Assembly: GCA_963662465.1 (NCBI GenBank)
Contig: OY759599.1
Span: forward strand, 3,328,001-3,392,000
DNA length: 64,000 bases
From: Desulfatiglandales bacterium
GTDB taxonomy: Bacteria > Desulfobacterota > DSM-4660 > Desulfatiglandales > Desulfatiglandaceae
Direction of reading: 5' to 3'
A program made the translations under genes and the position numbers. Of this stretch, positions 62,112 through 64,000 are shown in pieces. Positions within the stretch are counted from its first letter, which is position 1. The number at the start of each line of letters is the position of its first letter. The notes under the pieces are model-generated. The model ran no database searches and was not told the origin of the DNA. It saw only the letters and a program-made list of their open reading frames with translations.

Positions 62112-63215
62112 TCAACTTTTACCGGACCCCAGGTTTTTCAGCTCATCATCGTAATGCCGAATCATACGCTGCCATGAAAATCGATTCATTTCACGAGAAA
62201 GCGTTGCCGCTTTGCGTTCCGATCCAAAGGTTCCGGAAAGCACCCGGGCCAGTTTTTCAACCAGTTCCTTCTGGCTTCGGTAGAGAAAATCATCGTGGCA
62301 GGATTCAGGAATAATCTCCGGATAAGACAAGCGGTGAGGCAGCAGGGGAATGCATCCGGCGCTAATCGCCTCCACTACGGAAATCCCGAAATTTTCCTGC
62401 CTTGCAGTACTGATAACGACCGTCCCCTCCCTCAACCACTTTTCATAAACCTCTTTGGCCGGTTCATATCCATATTGAACAATCCTTTTTCCATACCGTT
62501 TTCGGGCCGTCGTAAACGCCTTTGGGCAGTTCTGGAAATTCTCTCCCAGAAGGGCCAAACGAAAATCGAGACCCCGTTTCACCATCTCATCCAGGGCCAG
62601 GAAAAAATCTTTCGGGTTCTTGTCAAACTCCCACCGGTGATTCCAGATAATCAAAGGCGGCACTGAAGGGACTGAAGGGACTGAAGAAACCGCCTTGTTC
62701 TCAGAAAAAAGCCGGCATCCGGGATGCAGCACAGCGGCCCGTGAACGAATCTCATCCTTCACCCAGGTCGGTCTGTAATCGGGCATCATTTTCAAAAACT
62801 TCGGAAGTTTTGCAAAAAATGCATCAAAATGGGTTTGCGAATTAAAGAGGATGCGATTTGCGGCAAGTGCCGTGGTCATATCGGTAAAACCGAAATGAAC
62901 ATCCATGGCCTCTCCAGGGGGCAGGGGATAGGTAATCTGACTCTCATGAAAATAAACCAGGGCCGGAGGACAACATACTCCCGCAAGGGACCTGAAATCG
63001 GACAGACTCATGAGATCGCTGGTGATCAGGCCGTCATAATCTTCAAGGCAGGGAATCTTTTTCAAAAAGTAGAGTGCCGCCCCCCGCATGCGCCATTTCC
63101 AGAAGCGGGCGGGAAGGGTCAAAAGATCGATCCGGTATCGTGAATGGTCCACCCACCCCTCGGCAAAGTCCCGATGGGACCCACCGAAAAAGGGTTCCAT
63201 AAAAAGAAATCTCAT
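62112..63215 (-). CDS. DUF3524 / GT-B glycosyltransferase (GTDC1-like)
   Basis: EPFFGGSH, WKWRMR, WNHRWEFDKNP, ENFGISVVEA. Confidence 0.85.
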   Translation of the reverse strand: MRFLFMEPFFGGSHRDFAEGWVDHSRYRIDLLTLPARFWKWRMRGAALYFLKKIPCLEDYDGLITSDLMSLSDFRSLAGVCCPPALVYFHESQITYPLPPGEAMDVHFGFTDMTTALAANRILFNSQTHFDAFFAKLPKFLKMMPDYRPTWVKDEIRSRAAVLHPGCRLFSENKAVSSVPSVPSVPPLIIWNHRWEFDKNPKDFFLALDEMVKRGLDFRLALLGENFQNCPKAFTTARKRYGKRIVQYGYEPAKEVYEKWLREGTVVISTARQENFGISVVEAISAGCIPLLPHRLSYPEIIPESCHDDFLYRSQKELVEKLARVLSGTFGSERKAATLSREMNRFSWQRMIRHYDDELKNLGSGKS

Positions 63216-63308
63216 GGTTTACCTTTCATCCTGATCGCCTATGTGATAATTTCGCCAAACCGTTTCAACCGGAAGCAACCACATATCGCAATCACAGGGT
63301 GCAGTACA

Positions 63309-63346
63309 CTGCCCCCTGCCCCCTGCCCCCTGCCCCCTGCCCCCTG
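63309..63346. repeat. Heptamer tandem repeat (CTGCCCC)x5
   Basis: Direct reading. Confidence 0.85.
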
Positions 63347-63634
63347 TAAACGGCAACCATATATCATTGAATACAACATATCAATAACATCGGACATGAA
63401 ACCAATGGAAACCTGCCCCAAAAAAGGCTTAAAGACATTTACATCACCGGCGATTTTTTGTCCTTTCCATCCCGCGCCCTTTACGATATGGAATCGGCGC
63501 TGCGGGGCGCCTCCCTGGACCGTAAGCACCTGCACAGCATTATCCGGGACTTTTTTCATTCTTGACCCCCGTAGTAGCTCGCATTAGAATGGATCAGAGA
63601 AAGGGTAAACGGAATTTTTATTGGGGAAAAACAT

Positions 63635-63847
63635 ATGGAACAAATCGTCGTTCAAATAAAAGATCAGCAAAAAGGCCGGATTCTACTGGAATTGCTAAGG
63701 ACTTTGGATTTCGTCCATGTGGTAAGACCTACGGAGCAGGAAGCCGAGGAACCAGTGGATTTTTTTTCATTTTCCGGTTTATGGGCAAATCGGGACATCC
63801 ACATTGACGACATTCGCCATAAGGCATGGCCGAGGCAGCAGCCATGA
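63635..63847 (+). CDS. Putative antitoxin
   Basis: 70 aa, GLWANR motif, ATGA overlap with PIN gene. Confidence 0.7.
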   Translation: MEQIVVQIKDQQKGRILLELLRTLDFVHVVRPTEQEAEEPVDFFSFSGLWANRDIHIDDIRHKAWPRQQP

Positions 63848-64000
63848 TTCTGTGTGATACCAACATCCTCATCGAATTTTACAAGGGTCGCCAACAGGTA
63901 CTTGAAACACTGAAACACATCGGCCAATCGAACCTGGCCATAAGTGTCATCACACAAGCTGAGCTGTATTTTGGCGCTTTAAACAAATCAGAGCTCAAAA
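63844..64000 (+). CDS. vapC: PIN-domain toxin (partial)
   Basis: MILCDTNILIEF..SVITQAELYFGA. Confidence 0.85.
   Translation, partial: MILCDTNILIEFYKGRQQVLETLKHIGQSNLAISVITQAELYFGALNKSELK

Noticed and set aside
29238..63587. Long antisense ORFs overlapping housekeeping genes (e.g. 29238-29945, 35330-36037, 45436-46092, 51064-51756)
   Set aside because: Shadow frames of well-supported genes with no recognisable motifs.
1..64000. Integron integrase intI / attI
   Set aside because: No tyrosine recombinase ORF is present in the window.

Overview
The window has two parts. Bases 1 to about 28.5 kb are an integron-type gene-cassette array. I can read about ten attC sites on the + strand, but no intI lies inside the window. 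The cassettes carry mostly toxin-antitoxin pairs, two IS91-family HUH transposases and a poly-G-split methyltransferase. Nine group II introns of three families sit at attC ends. Family A is five CL1-like (IIB) introns, two with an intact 510-aa RT. Family B is two ORF-less relatives. Both A and B insert on the top strand directly after the R' core GTT(G/C)GC, and their predicted EBS1/EBS2 pair with the L'-R' arm of attC. Family C is two ORF-less IIC-attC introns in R'' on the bottom strand. The introns are themselves parasitised. A ~320-bp non-coding element with a RIT/tyrosine-recombinase-like end architecture sits at the PQGG codons of three RTs, and a 2-kb IS (26-bp TIR, 8-bp TSD) sits in one IIC intron. 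From about 29.9 kb onward is chromosomal backbone: murJ, rpsT, holA, lptE, an in-frame nusB-leuS, rib genes, argC, purE, nadA, two-component genes, csp and pepT. Gene content suggests Desulfobacterota (inference). The backbone is sprinkled with 7-bp tandem repeats, two of which coincide with frameshifts in sensor kinases. All calls are by eye; no searches were run.
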